A stretch of 32,000 bases of DNA from Planctomycetaceae bacterium (GTDB taxonomy: Bacteria; Planctomycetota; Planctomycetia; Pirellulales; Pirellulaceae). Below are positions 17,730-25,940 of this stretch, in pieces. The translations under genes and the position numbers were made by a program. The stretch's first letter is position 1. Each line of letters begins with the position of its first letter. The DNA is taken from positions 165,610-197,609 of the forward strand of contig JANOBM010000247.1 of assembly GCA_031411655.1 (NCBI GenBank), written 5' to 3'. The notes beneath the pieces are model-generated. The model was not told where the DNA came from. It worked only from the letters and a program-made list of their open reading frames with translations, and did not search any database.

Positions 17730-18545
17730 TCAAACGGCCGCAGAGGTGGCCCGGAGCGAGAACTCAACCTGCTTGATTCTTGGTAGTTGCATAGGACCGT
17801 CCCGGTCGGCGCAGAAGATGGAAAATCGCTCTCCGTGCCGCTCAAGATGAGTGGCTAGGGCAACCTCAGGTGAGTTGTTATGAGCCGACAAGTGTCCCAA
17901 GCAAACCCATTGCAGTTGACTCTCATCACAACTGTCCAGAAGTTGTGCAGCATCGTCGTTGGAAAGGTGCCCACGCTTCCCTGAAATACGATCCTTCAAA
18001 CGTTGCGGGTAGGTCCCGTGACGAAGCATCTCGACGTCATAGTTGCTTTCGATCAATACTGCATCCAGGGAACCAATGACTTTTTGAAGAGCGCTGAAGA
18101 CATGTCCTAAGTCGGTGAGCAAACCGAATCGCTGCCCGGATTCGACATCTTCTATGACAAAGCATACGCCCTCGATGGCATCGTGAGGTGTCCGCAAGGG
18201 CTCGATTCGCAGCGAACCAATTTGAAACGGCTTACCAGACACGAAATGGTTCGGACTTCCTATCCAGCCGGTCGCCGGCTTCGAACGAGTCGCGTTCCAA
18301 GTTCGCAAATTTGCATAGACAGGCAAACCGAATTTGCGGTGAAACACGCCGACGCCGCTGATGTGATCACAGTGTTCGTGAGAGAGGATCAACGCATGGC
18401 AATCACGAATGTCGTAACCATATTCGGCCAGACGCGACTCGGCTTTGATTCCGCTAATGCCTGCGTCAAAGAGTAGGCGCGTTTCGCCACTCCGCACGAA
18501 TACGCAGTTGCCCGAACTTCCTGATTGCAAAGTGATAACTTCCAT
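17730..18545 (-). CDS. MBL-fold metallo-hydrolase (YycJ/WalJ-like)
   Basis: 271-aa ORF. N-terminal SGSSGNCVFV..LLFDAG, metal motif LSHEHCDHISG (HxHxDH), later TPHDA and LGHLS. Confidence 0.8.
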   Translation of the reverse strand: MEVITLQSGSSGNCVFVRSGETRLLFDAGISGIKAESRLAEYGYDIRDCHALILSHEHCDHISGVGVFHRKFGLPVYANLRTWNATRSKPATGWIGSPNHFVSGKPFQIGSLRIEPLRTPHDAIEGVCFVIEDVESGQRFGLLTDLGHVFSALQKVIGSLDAVLIESNYDVEMLRHGTYPQRLKDRISGKRGHLSNDDAAQLLDSCDESQLQWVCLGHLSAHNNSPEVALATHLERHGERFSIFCADRDGPMQLPRIKQVEFSLRATSAAV

Positions 18546-18659
18546 GGCACGAGTGTACCGAGTCGAGTCGTCGATTGGAAGTAAAGTGATTCATTCGCAA
18601 CTTGCGTTAACCGACGCGAGTACAGCCTGCTTGTGTTGGCACAGATCGATCGGCGGAAA

Positions 18660-18965
18660 CGCCGCTTCAATTGCCCTCGCCCTCTGTCCGAATTCACGGC
18701 TGAGCTTCTATGCAAGTATTCGGCATTGTGGTGTACGAGTTTCTTGTTCTTGGATAACAAACGAGGAGGCTGGGCGGCAACGATTCACTAGTCGATGGTC
18801 AGTCGCGTCAAGGCAAATGGCGTTGAACCATTCGCATGGCTTCGGGACTGCTACGACCGGTTGCCGTACTACCCAGGCGGCGAGGCATTCGCGCGGTACC
18901 AAGCGGACGACCTGTCGACGAGCTCAGTGTCAGATGGACTCGTCCCGGACATATGGCTGCGAACT
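18660..18965 (+). pseudogene. IS66-family transposase C-terminal remnant with in-frame stop
   Basis: Hand translation of the frame containing 18795 gives ...SFLFLDNKRGGWAATIH*SMVSRVKANGVEPFAWLRDCYDRLP...DDL...LVPDIWL. This matches the IS66 Tnp C-terminus pattern (NxLF.GS..GG..AA..YSL..T.K.NGv.P.aYL...L..i....l.eLLP..W). TAG at 18789-18791 sits where Tyr is expected. No N-terminal ~400 aa and no terminal repeats were identified. The left boundary is approximate. Confidence 0.6.
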
Positions 18966-19153
18966 CTGGGCGTGACTAGGCGGGACTTCGGCGAAGCCCG
19001 ACGCAGGGAGCGAGGGGCTGCCGACCGTCGTAAACGGCGCGAGCGACTCAAACGCAGACAAGGCAAATCCTTCCCCGCCGTATGTCGAACTCGCACTCGA
19101 ACGGGTGGGTAAGGTTTCGTCTTCGATCTGGATTTGCGTTAAACTCTGAAACC

Positions 19154-19450
19154 ATGGAAGTATTACGAAAGATCGTGCCGGGGATCTCGCTCAGTTTGTC
19201 AGGCGAGGCAACGATTGCTCCGTCGGTTCGTAACGTTTTGTTCGACATTGCCATCCAACTCGAAGAATCGACAAACCTTCCCATCGATATTGAGCATGTC
19301 GTGGCCGCAATCGTGTTGGCTGCTCGGAATAACGAGATCGACGCGAACGCACCGCTGGTCAGTGATGATTCGGTTCTGGTCGGCAAATTGGCACCGCACG
19401 TAAAATCAGTGTTTGCGCTCTATGGCGGCAAAGTCGGTCGCGACGAATGA
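19154..19450 (+). CDS. Hypothetical 98-aa protein with Clp N-terminal-repeat-like motif
   Basis: Start at ATG 19154 (MEVLRKIV...). IAPSVRNVLFDIAIQLEESTNLPIDIEHVVAAIVLAARN resembles one Clp_N repeat (..vl..A...A......I..EHlllAll). Ends 12 nt before the next gene. Confidence 0.45.
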   Translation: MEVLRKIVPGISLSLSGEATIAPSVRNVLFDIAIQLEESTNLPIDIEHVVAAIVLAARNNEIDANAPLVSDDSVLVGKLAPHVKSVFALYGGKVGRDE

Positions 19451-19462
19451 GGGAAGATCGAC

Positions 19463-20080
19463 ATGCGAGATGAAATTGCGTTTCGCGCGGCCCTCTGCAT
19501 TTTACTCGTACTTATCATTGTGATTGGTGTCCCGCATCGACTGAATGCGGCTTCTTCCGGTGAACGCATTTCGCACAGGCAAGAAGGGTACGTTTTTGCT
19601 GCGACGTTGAGGATTTCAGGCTTATTGCTTTGGATGAGCACCCTCGCCTATCTCCTGTTTCCATCAACCGTTGCGTGGGCATCGATTCCGCTTCCGCTGG
19701 CATTACGGTGGTGCGGAGCGATCGTGGGAGCGGCTTGTACAGCGTTCTTGTACTGGACTCTTTCGACCTTGGGAAAGAATCTCACTGATACCGCTGTGAC
19801 CCGACGTGACGCGGTCTTGGTCACCCAAGGCCCTTATGGCTGGGTTCGGCATCCGTTTTACGTCTGTGCCGCGTTGCTAATGGTAGCCACTACTACGCTG
19901 ACCGCGAATGGTCTGATCGGCATCAGTAGCGTATTGGTGCTTACACTGCTTGCGTTGAGGACGCCGAAAGAAGAGCAAATGCTGATCCGGCGATTTGGCG
20001 AAGGATATCGAAATTATATGAAGACAACAGGTAAATTCTTTACTCGCCTTGGTGGTCGGGGCTTTCGTGGAAGAAATTAA
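19463..20080 (+). CDS. Isoprenylcysteine carboxyl methyltransferase (ICMT/PEMT) family membrane protein
   Basis: 205-aa ORF with about 5 TM helices. C-terminal signature LVTQGPYGWVRHPFYVCAALL...PKEEQMLIRRFGEGYRNYMKTTGKF. Confidence 0.8.
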   Translation: MRDEIAFRAALCILLVLIIVIGVPHRLNAASSGERISHRQEGYVFAATLRISGLLLWMSTLAYLLFPSTVAWASIPLPLALRWCGAIVGAACTAFLYWTLSTLGKNLTDTAVTRRDAVLVTQGPYGWVRHPFYVCAALLMVATTTLTANGLIGISSVLVLTLLALRTPKEEQMLIRRFGEGYRNYMKTTGKFFTRLGGRGFRGRN

Positions 20081-20192
20081 AATGACACTTTCTATCCGCG
20101 TTCGTCGTACTCAAAAATAATCGTCCGAACTGACCGGTTCTTTGCAATGCTTGGTCACTCAACCTAATCGGTAAATCGCCGAATCTTTGCCG

Positions 20193-20270
20193 TCTAAGAA
20201 TCAATCCGAAAACCATAAGCCGCTTTGGTGCTAGCCGCGGGTCTCTTCGGTTTTCGGATAGGTTCTTAGA
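20193..20270. repeat. Imperfect inverted repeat, 22-nt arms, 34-nt loop
   Basis: Left arm TCTAAGAATCAATCCGAAAACC (20193-20214). Right arm GGTTTTCGGATAGGTTCTTAGA (20249-20270). 20/22 positions are complementary, with the two mismatches inside a 3-nt central patch. Confidence 0.9.
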
Positions 20271-20423
20271 CAAGCATTGTGTCCGCCCCAATACTCAGGA
20301 TTGACCACATTTGAGAAAACGACCCTCAGTCTGCTTGCTAGGTTTGCTCCCCATCTTGATGATTACTCTGCATTAAACTCTTTCCGAAACTCCGACTGTC
20401 AAACTCCAACATTGAGCCATTTC

Positions 20424-21572
20424 ATGGATAAGCTGCGCTGTCTCTTGTTTCTGTTCGTTTTGTTGCTTTCAAGGGATCTGCTAGCCATGGAGCCACCCCT
20501 GTCCGGAAAGTATTGGTTGTTTCTTGGCACCTATACCAGCGATGATGGTAGTAAGGGAATTTATCGCTGCTCACTTGACGCCGCGACCGGAAAACTCGGC
20601 GACCCTGAGGTTGCTATGGCTATCACCAACCCATCCTTTTTGCACATCTCACCCGATGGGAGATCGCTCTACTCCGTTGGCGAAAGCGCGCCCGACGGAA
20701 GCGTGCATTCATTCAAGCTCGATCTGTCGACGGGTATGCTCTCCGATCAGGTTTCGCTCACAAGCGGTGGGCCAGGCGCTTGCCATATTAGCACCGACAA
20801 GCAAAATCAATTCGCCGTTGTTTCCAATTATTCGGATGGGAGCTACGCATTTTTTAAGCTTAAGCCGGATGGTTCCATCGATTCGCGAATCGCCTACCAC
20901 CGAGTGCCGCTCGTCAAGGTCGATGGCAAAGAACGCAAGGCGCTTGGCCATTGTGGGGCATTCAACTCGACGGGTGAATTCGCGTTCACGTGTGATGCAG
21001 GCCAAGATAAGCTCCACCTCTTTCGCCTCGACCGTGAAATGGCGACAGTTTCCATCAACGACCCGTCGTCGATATTGATGCCCGCTTCAAGTGCCCCGCG
21101 ACATATCCATATCGCGGATGATGACAGTGTCGCATTCGTCAATGGTGAACATGATATGACCGTAAACCTGGTCAAGCTCGACACGAAATCCAATCGGTAC
21201 GAGGTGGTCCAGAGCCTTTCAACTTTGCGCGCAGGTGAGCAAGTGCAAAACGGTGACAGTACCGCAGAATGCCGGATCCATCCGAACGGTAGGTTTGTGT
21301 ATGTGTCCAATCGTGGCCATAACACGATCGCCGTCTTCAAGTTCGATGCGGTGGCGGCGAAACTTTCGCCTGTCGGGCACATTACGGGCGATATCAAAAT
21401 CCCGCGAAACTTTAACATTTCACCGTGCGGACGATGGATGTTGATTGCCAGTCAAGATGGTGGCAAAGTCGGTGTATTCGAGATCGATCAGGAGACCGGA
21501 CTGGCGAACGAGACCTCCCACGTAGTCGCAATCAGTCGCTGTGTTTGTATTAAATTTGTAAGCAAGCTTTGA
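20424..21572 (+). CDS. Secreted lactonase, 7-bladed beta-propeller family (6-phosphogluconolactonase-like)
   Basis: Start at ATG 20424 gives the signal peptide MDKLRCLLFLFVLLLSRDLLA. Family pattern YWLFLGTYTSDDGSKGIYRCSLDAATGKL, NPSFLHISPDGRSLYSV, IHPNGRFVYVSNRGHNTIAVFKFD, IPRNFNISPCGRWMLIASQDGGKVGVFEID. Confidence 0.8.
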   Translation: MDKLRCLLFLFVLLLSRDLLAMEPPLSGKYWLFLGTYTSDDGSKGIYRCSLDAATGKLGDPEVAMAITNPSFLHISPDGRSLYSVGESAPDGSVHSFKLDLSTGMLSDQVSLTSGGPGACHISTDKQNQFAVVSNYSDGSYAFFKLKPDGSIDSRIAYHRVPLVKVDGKERKALGHCGAFNSTGEFAFTCDAGQDKLHLFRLDREMATVSINDPSSILMPASSAPRHIHIADDDSVAFVNGEHDMTVNLVKLDTKSNRYEVVQSLSTLRAGEQVQNGDSTAECRIHPNGRFVYVSNRGHNTIAVFKFDAVAAKLSPVGHITGDIKIPRNFNISPCGRWMLIASQDGGKVGVFEIDQETGLANETSHVVAISRCVCIKFVSKL

Positions 21573-21634
21573 TCATGACAACTGCGTGACGTGACGGGAC
21601 AGAGTTCTCGCAAACGTTTTGCGCCTAATTCTCT

Positions 21635-22233
21635 TTGAGCTTAAGGGCCTCCCGGCGAGGACGGTTACTTCATGGCGTCGCAAAGATTCATCCAGCCGGT
21701 GGTTGTATTTCGGTTGGTGCGGCCAGGGCTACATGGGAAGTGAACGGCGGCACGATGCCTGCCCCGGACGCTCGACAAAAGCCAGGAGCGCTTTTTCCCA
21801 AAGCTCCTGGATTGGGCGTTAAGTTTGCAGAAATACGCGATGGCCTGTCAAACACTATCATGATCGTTGAAGATGCTGGGCGTCCTGAGGTTTGGATCAG
21901 TGGCCGCATGTCCGCTAATCCCCGAGGCGGCGCAGACATCATTGGCACACCGCACGTTGAGGAAGGTTGGGGGTGGGCTGACCTGCAAGATAGCTTCAGC
22001 TTGGATGGTGGCAATGAATTGGGAATTCCTAACGCCACCAATAGCAGTACTTTCGTAGTGACGCGAAACGGAAATTGCATGGTGAACTGCTCAAACGACG
22101 GTGAAATCTACTCTTTTCATGTTGGTGGAGCGCATGCGACGGGTCGGTGTCGTTCTTGTCACAACAAATGAACGGCCTCCTTCTCGTTCAATTGTGCACC
22201 AAAGACATGCGTGAGGTGATTGAAGAGAAGTGA
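21635..22233 (+). pseudogene. DUF1559-type (planctomycete pseudopilin-like) protein, N-terminally truncated and frameshifted
   Basis: Frame A (21635-22171) carries FAEIRDGLSNTIMIVED...NDGEIYSFHVGGAHA. The conserved continuation CDGSVSFLSQQMNGLLLVQLCTKDMREVIEEK* is in another frame (22135-22233). There is no prepilin-type N-terminal leader or helix, and no ATG: the ORF track's M is a TTG. Confidence 0.65.
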
Positions 22234-22425
22234 TCTCTCAGCGGGCGATTAATAAGGTGAAATCGCATGCGCAGCAGTTTGTCGGCGCAAGCAGCCGTTG
22301 ATTAGAATGGTAGCTTGCGCATGGGCAGAGCGAGGATGTCTTGTTGGTGCTCACTTTCGGATCCGTTGAAAAACGTAGCGTTCATATACCGTCGTTGTAC
22401 GATTGACTCCCACGCATTTTTGTTG

Positions 22426-23610
22426 ATGACCATGAATTCGGCGCGATTATCGTTAGTCTTTGCGGCATCGTTCCTCGCGTTGCCATTGTCAGCGAAGACG
22501 CCCTCCGTTGAATTGTTGGGGGTCGCTAGGATCGACGGAAATACGTCAGACGGGAGCGGCTTGACGGAAAAGCTTGAAGATGGATCGAGCGCGAACCAAT
22601 TTGGTGGTTTGTCGGCAATCGATTACACGGGAGTCGGTGACCGGTTTGTGCTATTGTCAGATCGTGGAGCGGGGGATGGGGCGGTGAGTTTTCCCTGCCG
22701 CTACCATGAGGCGGAATTGGTTTTAGTGCCAGAGAACAAAGAGGTGCGCTTTGTTCTCTCCGCAACCCATTTGTTCCAATCGGAAGATGGCCAGCAGTTG
22801 GTGGGTTCTTTGGCAGCACATGGCAAGGATCTGATTAATGGTCGGTCAGACCCACAATGGACAGCGTTTGATCCGGAGGGGATTCGTTTTCTTGGGAATG
22901 GGCAATTGCTTGTCAGCGACGAATACGGTCCCCGTGTTGTCATTGCGGAGACCGACGGAAGAATCACGAGCCAATACGATGTTCCCATTGAATTTCATTT
23001 GCAATTGCCTCGCGACGGGCTTTATACCGCGGGGCTCTATCCCAACCGTGGATTTGAAGGAATCGCGATTACGCCTAGCGGTAAAAAATCGATCGCAGTC
23101 CTTCAAAGCCCACTAGTGCAAGACGGTGTTCTTAAGGACGGCAAGTGTTTAGGGATGAACAGCCGTTGGTTGGTCTTCGATCGATTGGGCAAGCCGATCA
23201 AGCAGATTGTTTACCGCCTCGAAAGCGTTGATACGGGCGTTAGTGAAATTCTTGCCATCGATGAAAGCCGTTTCCTTGTCCTTGAGCGAGACAGCAATTC
23301 TGGCCTTGAGGCAAACGTCAAGAAGATGTTCCTCGCGGAGATCGAAGATGCCACGGATGTTAGTGGTATGGCGTCACTTCCCGAACAAGCGGCACCCTGC
23401 CATGTTGTCGTCGCGTCCAAAACATTGGTAATCGATCTGCTGGAAGATCGATTTGGCCTTGGCGGCGAACTTGCGGCCGAAAAACCAGAGGGTATCTGCT
23501 GGGGGAAAGACCTTTCCGACGGTAGGAAAACGCTGTGGGTCTGTTGTGACAACGATTTTGATTCCTCTCGAAAGTCCGAAATCTATTGCTTCGCTGTAGG
23601 TGGCTTGTAA
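22426..23610 (+). CDS. Secreted esterase-like/phytase-like family protein
   Basis: Start at ATG 22426 or 22432 gives the signal peptide MTMNSARLSLVFAASFLALPLSA. Motifs FGGLSAIDYTG..DRFVLLSDRG, FDPEGIRF, GFEGIAITPSGK and PEGICWG resemble the 'esterase-like activity of phytase' beta-propeller family. Confidence 0.5.
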   Translation: MTMNSARLSLVFAASFLALPLSAKTPSVELLGVARIDGNTSDGSGLTEKLEDGSSANQFGGLSAIDYTGVGDRFVLLSDRGAGDGAVSFPCRYHEAELVLVPENKEVRFVLSATHLFQSEDGQQLVGSLAAHGKDLINGRSDPQWTAFDPEGIRFLGNGQLLVSDEYGPRVVIAETDGRITSQYDVPIEFHLQLPRDGLYTAGLYPNRGFEGIAITPSGKKSIAVLQSPLVQDGVLKDGKCLGMNSRWLVFDRLGKPIKQIVYRLESVDTGVSEILAIDESRFLVLERDSNSGLEANVKKMFLAEIEDATDVSGMASLPEQAAPCHVVVASKTLVIDLLEDRFGLGGELAAEKPEGICWGKDLSDGRKTLWVCCDNDFDSSRKSEIYCFAVGGL

Positions 23611-23840
23611 AGCGTTTTTACTAGATACTCTTGGCGGCGGGCACTTGATTACGTGAATCGGCTTATTTTGGCGTCGGCGTTTCAGGCTGAGTCGAATGTC
23701 CGTGTGAACGACTTCTGCATGTACCGGGACTGCTTGCTATTTCGCATTGTCCCTTTCTAACGCGATTCTTCAGCTTACACTTTGAGTCAGTCGCTTTCCG
23801 TTGGCGTGTGGTCACTTAGACCGCGAAAGGTCCGATTCGA

Positions 23841-24866
23841 ATGACAAAGCTCAAGTTCGCGGTATGTGGTGCGGGATTCTGGTCGCAGTTCCAACTGGCA
23901 GCATGGGGCGAGATTAATAATGCGATTTGCGTTGCTGTTTGCGACAGTAACCTTGAAAAGGCCGCAGCGCTGGCAAGCCGTTTCGAGATTCAGAAAGTCT
24001 ATACAGACGCAACGGAGATGATCCGCAATGAGTCCCTCGATTTCGTGGACGTCATCTCAAGTCCAGCAAGCCACGAGTCGTTGGTGCGACTTTCTTCAGA
24101 GAATAATCTTCCCGTCATCTGTCAAAAGCCAATGGCTGAAGAGTGGGACGCTTGTGAGCGGATGGTTGAAATGTGTCGCAAGACCAACACATGGTTTGCG
24201 ATCCATGAAAACTGGAGATGGCAAAGTACGCTTCGGCGTGTGAAACAGTGTTTGGACGCTGGCGACATTGGGGATGTCTTTCGGTGTCGTCTCGATTTTG
24301 TGACTGGCTTTGATGTTTTTGCGAACCAGCCGACGCTGCGCGAGAGCGAGCGATTTATTATCGCGGACTTAGGTTGCCACGTCATCGACTACGCAAGGTG
24401 TCTATTTGGTGAGGCCACAAGTATCTATTGCCGAACTTCACGAGTCTCCACGGCCATTCGTGGGGAAGACACGGCAACGTTATCGCTATGGATGAATGAA
24501 GGGCAGACCATGGTCGATATCAACTTGGCGTATGCAGGTACGCCGCTGGAAGACGATTGCTTTCCCCAAACGCGATTGTTTGCAGAAGGAAAGCTTGGAT
24601 CGCTTGAATTGCTTTCCGGTTATCGAATCCGAGTGACAACGCAAGAAGGCACTCGCGAGGAAGTATTGCCTCCCGAGAACTATCGTTGGGTCGACCCTCG
24701 GTATGCCGTTGTCCACAGTAGCATGGTAGCGTGTAACTCGCACTTCTTAGAATACATCCAGCTCAACCGGCCTGCCGAAACAGATGGAAGGGATAACCTT
24801 CGTACGATGAAATTGGTTTTCGCAGCGTACGAGTCAGCCGCTCGAAATAGATGCATTGTTTTCTAG
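23841..24866 (+). CDS. Gfo/Idh/MocA family oxidoreductase
   Basis: 341-aa ORF. N-terminal Rossmann KFAVCGAGFWSQFQLAAW, then VAVCDSNLEKAAALASRF, DFVDVISSPASHESL and PVICQKPMA (EKP-like motif). Confidence 0.8.
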   Translation: MTKLKFAVCGAGFWSQFQLAAWGEINNAICVAVCDSNLEKAAALASRFEIQKVYTDATEMIRNESLDFVDVISSPASHESLVRLSSENNLPVICQKPMAEEWDACERMVEMCRKTNTWFAIHENWRWQSTLRRVKQCLDAGDIGDVFRCRLDFVTGFDVFANQPTLRESERFIIADLGCHVIDYARCLFGEATSIYCRTSRVSTAIRGEDTATLSLWMNEGQTMVDINLAYAGTPLEDDCFPQTRLFAEGKLGSLELLSGYRIRVTTQEGTREEVLPPENYRWVDPRYAVVHSSMVACNSHFLEYIQLNRPAETDGRDNLRTMKLVFAAYESAARNRCIVF

Positions 24867-25034
24867 GTCCAAACCAGAAGATTGTTCCTCGAATGATCGT
24901 CGGCTTGGTTGGCAGCATCAGTATGCCGTAGTTTGGGAGAAATGCTTGTTGGGCTAATGGGTGATGCTCGCTTCGAAGCGTGGTGACGAATCGACTTGTC
25001 CGATAGGGTTCGAGGGCGTTTGAGCTCGTCAAAT

Positions 25035-25068
25035 CGCAGTAAAAACATTCCTAGAGTACTGCGTTTTT
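25035..25068 (+). terminator. Putative rho-independent terminator
   Basis: 7-bp stem CGCAGTA/TACTGCG (25035-25041 and 25057-25063), 15-nt loop, then TTTTT (25064-25068). Sits in the convergent gap between the oxidoreductase gene and nth. Confidence 0.45.
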
Positions 25069-25118
25069 GGGGGTGTCTCGATAAATCGAGAACCAGTAGG
25101 TCCCGTTAGGCAAAAACG

Positions 25119-25772
25119 CTAGGCTTTGATATGGAGGAATGGTTTGCGACGTCGCGGAAACAGTTCGCGGCACAGATCGCAAACCGTGCCATCGCATGCA
25201 CGGGCCGTGCAATGTTCGCGGCCGTAGTAGATGATTTGTAAATGAAGGTCGCGCCATGATTCGGGTGGGAAAAGACTTTTCAAGTCAGCTTCCGTTTGAG
25301 TGACACTCTTGCCACCGGTCAGCCCCCAGCGTTGGGCCAATCGGTGGATATGGGTGTCAACGGGAAATGCATGCAGGCCAAATATCTGGCTCATCACGAC
25401 GCTTGCCGTTTTGTGACCCACACCTGGTAGCGACTCAAGCGATTCGAAGGAATTCGGAACCTTTCCACCGAAGCGTTCTACAATTTGCGCAGCCAGTCCT
25501 TGCAACGCCTTCGCCTTTTTTGGCGCCAGTCCGAGTGGGCGAATGATTTCAAGGATCGCATCGACCGTCATCGCCGCCATGAGGTACGGCGTCCCACCGA
25601 CGAGGAATAACGCGGGAGTGACTTCGTTTACTTTCTTATCCGTGCACTGGGCACTCAGTACCACGGCGACCAGCAACGTAAATGCGTCACTATGGTCCAG
25701 CGGAATCGGCGGACTGGGATAGAGGCTCGACAATCGCTCTGCGATCAGTTTAGCTCGCTGGGTCTTTTTCAT
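25119..25772 (-). CDS. nth: Endonuclease III (DNA glycosylase/AP lyase)
   Basis: 217-aa ORF. LSAQCTDKKVN, HhH-GPD motif LPGVGHKTASVVM, VDTHIHRLAQRWGL, and a C-terminal four-Cys cluster CTARACDGTVCDLC. Confidence 0.88.
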   Translation of the reverse strand: MKKTQRAKLIAERLSSLYPSPPIPLDHSDAFTLLVAVVLSAQCTDKKVNEVTPALFLVGGTPYLMAAMTVDAILEIIRPLGLAPKKAKALQGLAAQIVERFGGKVPNSFESLESLPGVGHKTASVVMSQIFGLHAFPVDTHIHRLAQRWGLTGGKSVTQTEADLKSLFPPESWRDLHLQIIYYGREHCTARACDGTVCDLCRELFPRRRKPFLHIKA

Positions 25773-25940
25773 GGAGATAGATCATAGGAGATCGCAACCC
25801 ACGCCGTGAAGACAGCGATCGCATGAAACACCGATTAGCGGACGGCGCTCGCGTGCCGGCTGGGTCGGCAGGTGGTTCCCTCGTTGCCAAGTGGCCTGCC
25901 CCGGGACGCTAGCGCTCATCCGCTGATGTGATTCGTTGAT

